NCBI GenBank assembly: GCA_963772835.1
Contig: CAVYYZ010000003.1
Span: 192,001 to 256,000 of the forward strand
Reading direction: 5' to 3'
Length of the DNA stretch: 64,000 nt
From: an uncultured delta proteobacterium
GTDB taxonomy: Bacteria > Desulfobacterota > Desulfuromonadia > Geobacterales > Pseudopelobacteraceae
The position numbers were made by a program, and so were the translations under genes. Within the stretch, counting starts at the first letter, position 1. Every line of letters starts with the position of its first letter. The notes beneath the pieces are model-generated. The model saw nothing but the letters and a program-made list of their open reading frames with translations. It was not told where the DNA came from and searched no databases. Below are positions 10,503-20,968 of the stretch, one piece after another.

Positions 10503-13500
10503 ATGAACAGTCTAGTGGCCATACGATGTGAGCTGGTGTTGATTCTGTTTTTAGCCATGGTCACAGCAGGTTCTTTAGCCCCTTCGAATGCATTCAGCTC
10601 ATGTGCTGCACCGCTGAACATGATCGAAGCTGAAAACTGCAAACCCGGCAACAGTTCCAGTGAATGGGATATCACGGGAGCGGGAGATCTCAGTATTCAG
10701 GGCTTTGCCACCGATATGAGTGTTACTGCCGGTGAAACCGTCCGTTTCAAGGTTCAGACAGACGCGGGCAGCTATCGTCTGGATATCTACCGTATCGGGT
10801 ATTACGGGGGAAGCGGCGCCCGCAAGTTTGCCTCTGTTCTCCCCTCCGCTTTACTTCCTCAGATACAGCCGGCTTGCGTCACTGATGCAGCAACAAAACT
10901 CACTGACTGCGGCAACTGGACAGAATCGGCATCATGGGCCGTTCCTCCGGACGCCGTCTCCGGTGTATACATTGCAAAGCTGGTGCGTCTTGATACCGGT
11001 GGTGCGAGCCACATGATTTTTATCGTCAGGGATGAATCCGGACGCTCCGATATCCTTTTTAAAACATCCGACACGACGTGGCAGGCATATAACAGCTACG
11101 GCCTTGGTTTCATCGAATATCCTGATTACGGGTACCCATCCCAAAAAGCCGTCAAAGCCAGTTACAACAGGCCTTTTGTGTCCCGCGCCGCCAATACCGG
11201 TCTCGGGGCCTACAACTGGTTTTTTCAGGCCGAATATCCAATGATACGCTGGCTGGAGGCTAACGGGTACAACGTCAGCTACTTCACCTCGGTTGATGCC
11301 GACCGCCGTGGTGCTGAAATCCTGAAGCACAAGGTTCTGCTGTCGGTCGGGCACGATGAATACTGGTCCGGTCAGATGCGCGATAGTGTCGAAACCGCGC
11401 GCGCAGCGGGTGTTAATCTGGCTTTTTTCAGCGGCAATTCCATCTATCGTAAAATTCGCTGGGAAAACAGCATAGACGGTTCAGGCACACCCTATCGGAC
11501 CATGGTCTGCTACAACGAAAGCAATGCACCTTTGCCCATTGACCCGGCAGGTCCTTCAGTCTGGACCGGGACCTGGCGTAACCCGACTTTTAGTCCTCCC
11601 GGAGACGGCGGCAGACCTGAGAACAGTCTGAGCGGTACGTTATTCACGGTTTCCACCGGACCAAATGACCTTGGAATTTCACTCGAGGTACCTCAGGCGA
11701 ACGGGAAAATGCGCTTCTGGCGTAATACATCACCCGCTTCACTTGCTTCCGGTCAGATCTCAACTCTCGGAGACCGGTTGGTGGGGTACGAATTTGATGA
11801 GGATATTGACAACGGGTATCGCCCCGCCGGACTGATACAGTTATCATCGACAACAACCCTGGTGGCGGCAAAGCTTCTGGGCAGCAACGTAAACATTGCC
11901 GCCGACGTCTACCTGCCGGGCACGGCGACCCATGCCATGACTCTCTATCGAGCGCCGGGCAATGCACTGGTATTTTCCGCCGGCACAGTGCACTGGTCAT
12001 GGGGGCTCGACGACCAGCATGACAACGGCCCGTCAATACCTGATCCGGCTATACGCCAGGCTACAGTCAACCTTTTTGCAGATATGGGAGTGCAGCCGGT
12101 ATCATTGCAGCCAGGGCTGGCTGCCGCATCGGCATCAACAGACAGGAGCGCCCCCGTTTCGACGATTACCTCGCCGATATCCGGAGCATCAATGCCTGCG
12201 GGGACACCTGTCACAATCACCGGAACTGCCGGCGACAGCGGCGGTGGAGTGGTGGGAGCGGTTGAAGTATCGACCGATGGCGGTACTTCCTGGCATCCGG
12301 CTGCGGGACGTGAAAGCTGGAGTTACATCTGGAGGCCTGCAGCCGGTGGTACAGCTGTCATCCGCAGCAGGGCGGTTGATGACAGCGGTAATCTGGAAGC
12401 AGCTGCGGCAGGTGTGAACATAAATATAACCCCTGCCACTCAAACTTCATACAGCATCTGGCCCGGGACAACCATACCGGCTCTGGTCGACGGCGGTCCG
12501 GACAGTTCTGTTGAACTGGGCGTAAAATTCCGCTCCGATGTAAACGGCTCCGTAACCGGTGTCCGCTTCTACAAAGCGGCCGGCAATTCCGGTACTCACA
12601 CCGGCAGTCTCTGGACGATCAACGGCACGCGTCTGGCAACTGTGCCGTTTGTTAATGAAAGTGCATCAGGCTGGCAGCAGGCTGATTTTGCAGCGCCGGT
12701 AGCGATCACCGCCAATACGGTCTATGTGGTTTCTTACCATGCGTCCGGTGGTCACTACAGTGCAGATATTAACTATTTTACCGGCAAGGGGATGGACAGT
12801 CCTCCACTTCATGCTCTGGCAAGCGGGGTGTCAGGTTTAAACGGCGTATACTCATACGGCAGTACGAGCAGTTTTCCCACACAGAGCTGGAACAATGCCA
12901 ACTATTGGGTTGACGCGGTACTACTGGTAACGCCGCCGGCGACGCTTGTCTCCATAGCGGTACATCCGGCGAACCCGGCTATAACAACCGGCACCACGCA
13001 AACGTTCACGGCCACCGGTACGTTCTCGGATGGCAGCAGTCAGGATATAACTACGCAGGCTGTGTGGTCATCATCGAGTCCAGGCGTGGCTACCATCACC
13101 AGTACCGGTCTGGGCACCGGTATCAGTGCCGGAAACAGTGTGATCACGGCAACGTTGAACGGGTATGCCGGCAGCACAACTATTGCCGTGCAGGCGTTAC
13201 CGCTGTCTATAGCAACAATGACTCTGGCCGGTGCGACCGTGAACAGTTCCTACTCATCCCAGGTGGCGGGGATTGGTGGAAATCTGCCATACAGGTGGAC
13301 ACTCGCGTCCGGGACTTTGCCGGCCGGACTGGTTCTCAACAGCCTCACCGGCACAATAACCGGCACTCCCACGACTTCAGGAAGTTTCAGCTTCGTGGCC
13401 CGGATATCAGATTCAAGCATCCCGCAACAGACCGTCACATCGTCCCTGAGCATTGATGTATCATCACAGACAATCTTTACAATTTGGCCGGCTTCAATTG

Positions 13501-16500
13501 TTCCGGGGATTGTGGATGCGGGTCCTGACAGTGCAGTTGAACTGGGTGTCAATTTCAGTTCCGACGCATATGGTCTGGTGACCGGCATCCGTTTTTACAA
13601 GGCGGCTGCCAATACCGGGACCCATGTTGGTAACCTCTGGGCGAAGAGTGGTACTCTGCTCGCCACAGCAACTTTCACCGGCGAAACCGCCTCCGGCTGG
13701 CAACAGGCCAACTTTACCACTCCGGTAGCCATCAGCGCCAACACTGTGTACATTGCTTCCTACCACACAAATACCGGCCACTACAGCGATGATCTCAACT
13801 ACTTTGCCGGCACGGGTAAGGATAGCCCGCCGCTGCATGCCCTGGCGGACGGATTATCAGGGTACAACGGTGTATTTGCCTACGGCGTCGGCAGCTCATT
13901 CCCAAACCAGGGGTGGAAAAACTCCAATTACTGGGTGGATGTGACGTTCAGCGCCACTGCTCCTTTAGACACAACAGCACCAACCGTGACCTCATTTATC
14001 GTGCCGTCCATTTCAGCGAGCAGGGACGTGGCGATCACGAGCTTCACCGCCACTGATAACGTGGCGGTGACCGGTTATCTGGTCACCGAATCAGCCGTTG
14101 CTCCGTTGCCGGCAGCCACTGGCTGGCTGACAACTCCACCTGTTTCCTACTCATGTACGACAGTCGGAGCAAAGACTCTGTATGGCTGGGTCAAGGATGC
14201 TGCCGGCAATGTTTCGGCCAGTCTTAGTACAACCGTTACAATCCTGCCGGCAGATACAATTCCGCCGGTCGTGACCGCTTTTTCCGTACCGGCCTCCTCC
14301 TCCACATATACCGTTTCAATAACAAATCTTAGTGCGTCGGACAATGTGGCGGTCACCGGCTACCTGGTCAACGAATCTGGGACGACCCCTTCACTTGCAT
14401 CAGCAGGGTGGACTGTAACCGCTCCGGATTCCTACACGTTCACGACGACGGGGAGCAAAACGCTCCATGCCTGGGCGCGGGATGCTGCCGGAAACGTGTC
14501 TGCAGACAGCAGCGCCTCTGTTACACTGATTTCGGATGGTCCGCTTCTACTCATTTCATCGGCATTGAATCCCTTCAGCGGCTATTATGCCGAGATCATA
14601 AGAACCGAAGGGCTCAACGCGTTTGCCGAGACTGATATATCCCTGCTCACGCCTGCAATGCTTTCAGCGCACGATGTAGCGATCCTTGGCGATATGTCTC
14701 TGACATCCGGACAGGTTGCACTCCTCAGTGACTGGGTCAACGGCGGCGGAAAACTGATTGCCATGCGTCCGGACAAACAGCTTTCAGATCTGCTCGGTCT
14801 GAGTGATCTGTCGGCGACTATTTCTGACGCCTATCTACGTGTCGATACCTCCTCCGGGCCCGGTGTGGGGATCGTGAACGAAACCATTCAGTATCATGGT
14901 TCAGCCGACCTCTACAGTCTTAATGGCGCAATTAGTCTGGCAACGCTTTATTCTGATGCAGCAACGACAACATCACATCCGGCCGTCACATTGAATAATA
15001 TCGGAGCGAACGGGGGGCAGGCGGCGTCCTTTGCCTATGATCTTTCCCGTTCTGTTGTCTACTCACGTCAGGGCAATCCGGCCTGGTCGGGGCAGGATAG
15101 GGACGGTTATGCACCGATCCGTTCCGATGACCTGTTTTACGGCGCGGCAGTCATCGACCGGCAACCTGACTGGGTTGATATGAACAAAGTGGCGGTTCCA
15201 CAGGCTGACGAACAGCAGCGCCTGTTGGCAAACCTCATTATCCGGATGAACCAGAATAAAAAACCGCTGCCACGCTTCTGGTATTTTCCCCGCAGTCTGC
15301 CTGCGGTCGTGGTGATGACCGGTGACGATCATGGCAATAACGGGACCGCCGGGCGGTTCGATTCCTATGTGGCTGCCAGTCCTCCCAACTGCTCTGTGGA
15401 CAACTGGGAGTGTATCAGGGGCACTTCGTATATTTTTACTAAATCCCCGCTCAGCAATATGCAGGCTTTGGCCTATACCGCAGCCGGGTTCGAGATTGCG
15501 CTCCATGTCAGTACCAACTGCGTCGACTGGACGCCGTCAACTCTTGAATCATTCTATGCGGCACAACTCAGCGCCTGGCAGTTGAAGTACGACACTCTCC
15601 CCGCACCGAAAACACACCGGACGCATTGTATCGCCTGGAGCGATTATGCGACTCAGCCTGTGGTTGAATCGGCTCACGGAATACGGCTTGATACAACCTA
15701 CTACTACTATCCTTCGGCCTGGGTCTCCGATCGCCCGGGATTTTTCACCGGTTCCGGTATGCCGATGCGTTTTGCCGACTCAACCGGCACTCTCATTGAC
15801 GTTTACCAGGCAGCGACCCAGATGACCGATGAATCGGGCCAGACATTCCCTTTGACGATCAATGCCCTTCTCGATAGTGCCATCGGTCCGGAAGGATATT
15901 ATGGTGTCTTTGTGGCCAATATGCACACCGATGAAGCAGCATCGAGCGGAAGTGACTCAATAGTGGACTCTGCACGTGCCCGGGGAATACCGGTGATCTC
16001 GGCCCGTCAATTACTGAAATGGCTGGATGGACGCAATACTTCGACCTTCAGTTCACTGGAGTGGAATGGTTCTGTTCTCGGTTTTTCAATCACTGCCGCC
16101 CAGGATGCAAACGGGTTGGTTGCTATGGTGCCGGTGACGGATGGTCAAACCGTTACGAATATTACCCGTAATGGTGCTCCGGTCGTCTTTGCAAAGGTCA
16201 AAATCAAAGGCATCCAGTATGCAAACTTTACAGCGCTGACCGGTGTGTATCAGGTAACGTATGCCGCTGACGCTGCGCCGCCGGAGGTTAGTGTGGTTTC
16301 TCCTGACCATGGATCGTCCGGCGTCAGTACGGTATTCCAGGCCGCCGTTACCTTCAGTGAGCTGATGGATGCAGCCAGTATCACCGGCGGCACCTTTGAG
16401 CTGCGTGACCCGATGAATGCTCTCGTTCCGGCTGTTGTTGTCTATAATTCAGCGGCACAAAAGGCTCTGCTTGAACCTGCCGCTCCGCTGGAACGTTCAA

Positions 16501-17441
16501 CGAACTATACCGCCACCGTCAAAGGCGGGGCAAACGGCGTGAAAGATCTTGCCGGTAATCAGCTCAAGAGTGATTACAGCTGGTCGTTCAGCACTACCGC
16601 TACGTCAAACGGGTCATATTACATCTGGCCGGCTTCGACGGTGCCGGGTGTAATAGACAGCGGTCCTGACGCTGCAGTGGAGCTGGGTGTGAAGTTCCGT
16701 TCTGATATCAGCGGGTATGTCACGGGGATCCGTTTTTACAAAGCAAACGCCAACAGCGGACTCCATATCGGCAATCTTTGGACGGGAAGCGGTACGCTGC
16801 TGGCATCGGTTCCCTTCAGTGGCGAGAGTGCTTCCGGCTGGCAACAGGTACAATTCCCTGCCTCGGTGCCAATCAGCGCCAATACGGTATACGTGGCTTC
16901 CTACCATACAACTGCAGGGCATTACAGCGACAACCTGAACTTCTTTAAAAACAATGGTGTAGACAATCCGCCACTGCATGCCCTGGCCAATGGTATATCC
17001 GGTTTCAACGGGGTGTATGCGTATGGTTCAGCCGGCAGTTTCCCGAACCAGGGGTGGAACAGTTCCAACTACTGGGTGGATGTGGTGTTTAGTGCCATCC
17101 CGGCGCCAACGCTATCTTTCATCACGGTTACGCCGGGCAACCAGAGAGTCGTGATAGGCGCCAGCCAGCAGTTTACCGCCACCGGGACTTATTCCGACGG
17201 CAGCACCCAAAATCTGACAGGCCAGGTAACGTGGAGTTCTGCAGATACAAAAATTGCATCTATCACCGGTGCCGGTCTGGTGACGGCACAGAGCCTCGGA
17301 ATCACCACGATGTCGGCAACCCTGAACGGCATCACCGGCAGTACGAATCTGACCACGACAGACCAGATAGGATTTGTATCCCGTAATATTTTTGCCTGTG
17401 CCGGAAGCGACCGCTTTGCCCTCACACAGGCATGGCAATGA
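10503..17441 (+). CDS. Large secreted modular protein: N,N-dimethylformamidase-beta-like (DUF6605) domain, Ig-like domains, 3x DUF4082, deacetylase-like module
   Basis: RBS GGAGG at 10491 and signal peptide from ATG 10503; TWQAYN, SYNRP, GHDEYWS; three VELGV(K/N)F...NYWVD blocks; Big_2-like WSSSSPGVATI; TGDDH/GFEIALH. Confidence 0.8.
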   Translation: MNSLVAIRCELVLILFLAMVTAGSLAPSNAFSSCAAPLNMIEAENCKPGNSSSEWDITGAGDLSIQGFATDMSVTAGETVRFKVQTDAGSYRLDIYRIGYYGGSGARKFASVLPSALLPQIQPACVTDAATKLTDCGNWTESASWAVPPDAVSGVYIAKLVRLDTGGASHMIFIVRDESGRSDILFKTSDTTWQAYNSYGLGFIEYPDYGYPSQKAVKASYNRPFVSRAANTGLGAYNWFFQAEYPMIRWLEANGYNVSYFTSVDADRRGAEILKHKVLLSVGHDEYWSGQMRDSVETARAAGVNLAFFSGNSIYRKIRWENSIDGSGTPYRTMVCYNESNAPLPIDPAGPSVWTGTWRNPTFSPPGDGGRPENSLSGTLFTVSTGPNDLGISLEVPQANGKMRFWRNTSPASLASGQISTLGDRLVGYEFDEDIDNGYRPAGLIQLSSTTTLVAAKLLGSNVNIAADVYLPGTATHAMTLYRAPGNALVFSAGTVHWSWGLDDQHDNGPSIPDPAIRQATVNLFADMGVQPVSLQPGLAAASASTDRSAPVSTITSPISGASMPAGTPVTITGTAGDSGGGVVGAVEVSTDGGTSWHPAAGRESWSYIWRPAAGGTAVIRSRAVDDSGNLEAAAAGVNINITPATQTSYSIWPGTTIPALVDGGPDSSVELGVKFRSDVNGSVTGVRFYKAAGNSGTHTGSLWTINGTRLATVPFVNESASGWQQADFAAPVAITANTVYVVSYHASGGHYSADINYFTGKGMDSPPLHALASGVSGLNGVYSYGSTSSFPTQSWNNANYWVDAVLLVTPPATLVSIAVHPANPAITTGTTQTFTATGTFSDGSSQDITTQAVWSSSSPGVATITSTGLGTGISAGNSVITATLNGYAGSTTIAVQALPLSIATMTLAGATVNSSYSSQVAGIGGNLPYRWTLASGTLPAGLVLNSLTGTITGTPTTSGSFSFVARISDSSIPQQTVTSSLSIDVSSQTIFTIWPASIVPGIVDAGPDSAVELGVNFSSDAYGLVTGIRFYKAAANTGTHVGNLWAKSGTLLATATFTGETASGWQQANFTTPVAISANTVYIASYHTNTGHYSDDLNYFAGTGKDSPPLHALADGLSGYNGVFAYGVGSSFPNQGWKNSNYWVDVTFSATAPLDTTAPTVTSFIVPSISASRDVAITSFTATDNVAVTGYLVTESAVAPLPAATGWLTTPPVSYSCTTVGAKTLYGWVKDAAGNVSASLSTTVTILPADTIPPVVTAFSVPASSSTYTVSITNLSASDNVAVTGYLVNESGTTPSLASAGWTVTAPDSYTFTTTGSKTLHAWARDAAGNVSADSSASVTLISDGPLLLISSALNPFSGYYAEIIRTEGLNAFAETDISLLTPAMLSAHDVAILGDMSLTSGQVALLSDWVNGGGKLIAMRPDKQLSDLLGLSDLSATISDAYLRVDTSSGPGVGIVNETIQYHGSADLYSLNGAISLATLYSDAATTTSHPAVTLNNIGANGGQAASFAYDLSRSVVYSRQGNPAWSGQDRDGYAPIRSDDLFYGAAVIDRQPDWVDMNKVAVPQADEQQRLLANLIIRMNQNKKPLPRFWYFPRSLPAVVVMTGDDHGNNGTAGRFDSYVAASPPNCSVDNWECIRGTSYIFTKSPLSNMQALAYTAAGFEIALHVSTNCVDWTPSTLESFYAAQLSAWQLKYDTLPAPKTHRTHCIAWSDYATQPVVESAHGIRLDTTYYYYPSAWVSDRPGFFTGSGMPMRFADSTGTLIDVYQAATQMTDESGQTFPLTINALLDSAIGPEGYYGVFVANMHTDEAASSGSDSIVDSARARGIPVISARQLLKWLDGRNTSTFSSLEWNGSVLGFSITAAQDANGLVAMVPVTDGQTVTNITRNGAPVVFAKVKIKGIQYANFTALTGVYQVTYAADAAPPEVSVVSPDHGSSGVSTVFQAAVTFSELMDAASITGGTFELRDPMNALVPAVVVYNSAAQKALLEPAAPLERSTNYTATVKGGANGVKDLAGNQLKSDYSWSFSTTATSNGSYYIWPASTVPGVIDSGPDAAVELGVKFRSDISGYVTGIRFYKANANSGLHIGNLWTGSGTLLASVPFSGESASGWQQVQFPASVPISANTVYVASYHTTAGHYSDNLNFFKNNGVDNPPLHALANGISGFNGVYAYGSAGSFPNQGWNSSNYWVDVVFSAIPAPTLSFITVTPGNQRVVIGASQQFTATGTYSDGSTQNLTGQVTWSSADTKIASITGAGLVTAQSLGITTMSATLNGITGSTNLTTTDQIGFVSRNIFACAGSDRFALTQAWQ

Positions 17442-17500
17442 TACTGTGCTCCTGATGTCAGTCGGGAAGTATGGTGCGTTGCACCGGGAGGAGGTTCCTC

Positions 17501-20500
17501 ATGAAAAAACCATTCATACTGTTCACGGCATTATTACTGTTCGGTGCCGTATCAAATCTGATACCGCTGGAGGCGATCGCCGCCACAATCTGGCCCGGTG
17601 CAACAGTTCCGGTTATCGCGGACTCCGGTCCTGACAGTGCTGTAGAACTTGGCGTGAAATTCAGATCCGATTCCAGCGGCACGGTGAGCGGCATCCGTTT
17701 CTACAAGGGGAACGGCAATACCGGAACTCATACCGGCAGCCTCTGGTCGAGTACCGGCACGCGTCTGGCCACGGCCACCTTCAGTGGTGAAACAGCCTCC
17801 GGGTGGCAGCAGGTGAACTTCAACACACCTGTATCCATAAGCGCAAATACGGTCTATGTGGCCTCGTACCACACCAACAGCGGTCATTACAGTTGCGATC
17901 AGAACTTCTTCGCGAGCAGAGGGGTGGATGCGCCGCCGCTGCATGCCCTGGCAAACGGGGTTTCAGGAGTCAACGGAGTCTACATCTACGGGACTGGAGG
18001 AAGATTTCCCAACCAGGGCTGGAACAGTTCCAACTACTGGGTGGATGTGGTTTTCAATGCAACCACTTCGTCCGATACGACTCCTCCGACTATAACCGCT
18101 TTCACCATTCCGTCTTCCGCGACTGAACTTACCATTCCAATAACAAGCTTCACTGCAACGGACAATGTCGGTGTGACCGGCTACCTCGTCAATGAATCGG
18201 CAACTAAACCTTCGTCAACAGCCAGCGGCTGGTCGACAACAATTCCATCCTCCTATACATTTACATCCGAGGGCAGCAAGACCCTCTATGCCTGGGCCAG
18301 AGATGCCGCGGGTAATGTGTCCACCGGAGTGAGTGATTCTGTTGTCATCACGCTTGATTCCGGTACCACCGCCAGTACCCCGATTCTGATTATTTCATCA
18401 ACATCGAATCCTTTCAGCGGATATTATGCTGAAATTCTCCGCGCTGAAGGGCTCAATGTTTTCGATGAGAGTGATGTTTCTTCGCTGTCGTCTGCACAGC
18501 TTGCTCCCTATGACGCTGTTATTCTTGGAGAGATGTCGTTGACCTCGTCCCAGGTCACGATTTTCACTAACTGGGTCAACGGAGGAGGGCACCTTATTGC
18601 GATGCGGCCGGACAAAAAACTAGCCTCTCTGCTGGGATTGAGTGATCTCGGCTCAACGATTGCGAACACGTACCTTCTTGTAAACACGCAATCCGCTCCC
18701 GGTGCCGGAATCGTTGATCAGACGATCCAGTACCATGGTACGGCCGACCTGTATTCTCTCAGCAGTGCCTCAAGTATTGCAACTCTCTACTTCAGCTCAA
18801 CAACGGCAACATCAAATCCTGCGGTCACTCTGCGTACTGTCGGCAATCAGGGTGGACAGGCGGCAGCGTTTACCTATGATCTTGCCCGCTCCGTCATCTA
18901 TACCCGCCAGGGAAATCCAGCCTGGTCAGGACAGGAAAGAGACGGCTATCCGCCGATTCGATCTGATGACCTCTTCTACGGCTACGCAAGTTTCGACCCC
19001 CGTCCCGATTGGATCGACCGGGATAAAGCATACATCCCTCAGGCTGATGAACAGCAGCGCTTATTGGCAAACCTCATCATACAGATGAATATCGATAAAA
19101 ATCCCCTGCCGCGCTTCTGGTATTTTCCGCGCAATCTTGAGGCGGTCGTTGTCATGACCGGCGATGACCATGGCAATGGCGGAACAGCCGGGAGATTCGA
19201 TACATATAACGCCATGAGCCATTCAGGTTGTTCGGTTGCGAACTGGGAGTGCATCAGGGGCACGTCATACATTTTCCCGAACACTCCTCTCAGTGACAGT
19301 CAGGCATCAGCCTACAGCAACAGCGGTTTTGAAATCGGAGTCCATGTCACAACCGACTGCCTGGATTGGACACCCGCATCGCTCCGTTCCTTCTATACGA
19401 ATCAGTTCGCTGCGTGGAGGGATAAATACAGCAGCCTTCCTTCACCGGTAACACACCGGACTCATTGTATCGTCTGGAGCGATTACGCGACTCAACCGGT
19501 GGTAGAACTGTCGTTCGGCATGCGGCTTGATACAAACTACTACTACTGGCCTCCGGAATGGGTTGCAAATATTCCCTGCCTGTTCACCGGGTCCGCAATG
19601 CCGATGCGCTACACCGATGCTAACGGCACTCTCATTGATGTCTATCAGGCGCCCACCCAGATGACAGATGAATCAGGTCAGACGTACCCGTTCACAATAG
19701 ATTCACTCCTCGATAATGCCATCGGTCCTGAAGGGTATTTCGGAGTTTTTCTCGCCAATATGCATACTGATGCAGCTGATTCGGCCGGATCAGATGCAAT
19801 TGTCCGCTCTGCGCAGGCCCGTGGCGTGCCGGTGATCACCGCCCGCCAGATGTTGACATGGCTGGATGGACGAAACGACTCGACATTCGATTCACTGTCA
19901 TGGAACGGTACCAGTCTGAATTTCTCTATCACTGCCGGCCAGGGTGCCAACGGTCTGGTGGCCATGGCGCCGCTGCAAAACGGTCAGTCCGTGTCACGGA
20001 TAACGAGGAACGGCAGTTCCATTCCATTCTCCAATGCAACGATTAAAGGCATCAGGTACGTCCGCTTTGCGGCTGCCGGCGGAAACTATCAGGTTACATA
20101 TGCTTCCGGCGGGTCCGGAGATACTACTCCGCCGACCGTAACCTCATTTACGGTTCCCGCGACGGCATCAACTCTTATCGTCCCGATCAACAGCTTCTCG
20201 GCGACGGACAACGTTGCGGTAACCGGCTATCTGGTCAACGAATCTGCAACAAAACCATCTGCAACCGCCATCGGGTGGACAACCGGCGCCCCGGACTCCT
20301 ACACCTTTGTGACAGCGGGCAGCAAAACCCTCTACGCCTGGGCACGGGACGCAGCCGGAAATGTGTCCGCCAGCATGAGTGATTCCGTCACCATAACCAT
20401 CAGTAATCAGGGTGGTCCATACACACTCTGGTCATCAGCGACGACTCCCGGGGTCGTGGATTCCGGGCCTGACAGCGCAGTGGAACTTGGCGTCAGGTTC

Positions 20501-20902
20501 CGTTCCGATACCGGCGGTTACATCACCGGAATCCGCTTCTACAAGGCAGGTACCAATACCGGCACGCATATCGCCAATCTCTGGACAAACAGCGGCACCC
20601 GTCTGGCAACGGCCACGTTCAGCAACGAAACCTCCTCCGGTTGGCAACAGGTGAATTTTGCGGCTCCGGTGGCTATCTCTGCGAATGTTGTGTATGTGGC
20701 CTCGTACCATACCAACACGGGACATTACAGTTTCGGCAGGAGTTATTTTGCCGGAAATGGCGTGGACAGCCCGCCGCTTCACGCCCCGGCTGACGGAGTG
20801 TCCGGCGCCAATGGAGGGTTCGCCTACGGAGCCGGCAGCAGTTTCCCGGGGCAGGGATGGAACAGCTCCAACTACTGGGTGGATGTGGTATTTCAGCCAT
20901 GA
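17501..20902 (+). CDS. Secreted DUF4082 protein with central deacetylase-like module
   Basis: RBS GGAGGAGG, signal peptide MKKPFILF...AIA; N- and C-terminal DUF4082 blocks; ~575-aa module paralogous to that in the upstream gene. Confidence 0.8.
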   Translation: MKKPFILFTALLLFGAVSNLIPLEAIAATIWPGATVPVIADSGPDSAVELGVKFRSDSSGTVSGIRFYKGNGNTGTHTGSLWSSTGTRLATATFSGETASGWQQVNFNTPVSISANTVYVASYHTNSGHYSCDQNFFASRGVDAPPLHALANGVSGVNGVYIYGTGGRFPNQGWNSSNYWVDVVFNATTSSDTTPPTITAFTIPSSATELTIPITSFTATDNVGVTGYLVNESATKPSSTASGWSTTIPSSYTFTSEGSKTLYAWARDAAGNVSTGVSDSVVITLDSGTTASTPILIISSTSNPFSGYYAEILRAEGLNVFDESDVSSLSSAQLAPYDAVILGEMSLTSSQVTIFTNWVNGGGHLIAMRPDKKLASLLGLSDLGSTIANTYLLVNTQSAPGAGIVDQTIQYHGTADLYSLSSASSIATLYFSSTTATSNPAVTLRTVGNQGGQAAAFTYDLARSVIYTRQGNPAWSGQERDGYPPIRSDDLFYGYASFDPRPDWIDRDKAYIPQADEQQRLLANLIIQMNIDKNPLPRFWYFPRNLEAVVVMTGDDHGNGGTAGRFDTYNAMSHSGCSVANWECIRGTSYIFPNTPLSDSQASAYSNSGFEIGVHVTTDCLDWTPASLRSFYTNQFAAWRDKYSSLPSPVTHRTHCIVWSDYATQPVVELSFGMRLDTNYYYWPPEWVANIPCLFTGSAMPMRYTDANGTLIDVYQAPTQMTDESGQTYPFTIDSLLDNAIGPEGYFGVFLANMHTDAADSAGSDAIVRSAQARGVPVITARQMLTWLDGRNDSTFDSLSWNGTSLNFSITAGQGANGLVAMAPLQNGQSVSRITRNGSSIPFSNATIKGIRYVRFAAAGGNYQVTYASGGSGDTTPPTVTSFTVPATASTLIVPINSFSATDNVAVTGYLVNESATKPSATAIGWTTGAPDSYTFVTAGSKTLYAWARDAAGNVSASMSDSVTITISNQGGPYTLWSSATTPGVVDSGPDSAVELGVRFRSDTGGYITGIRFYKAGTNTGTHIANLWTNSGTRLATATFSNETSSGWQQVNFAAPVAISANVVYVASYHTNTGHYSFGRSYFAGNGVDSPPLHAPADGVSGANGGFAYGAGSSFPGQGWNSSNYWVDVVFQP

Positions 20903-20968
20903 TAACGTTTAACATACTAAATTTATTACATAAATACATGCTTCTTCGAGTCTTTCGGAGGTAACGTC

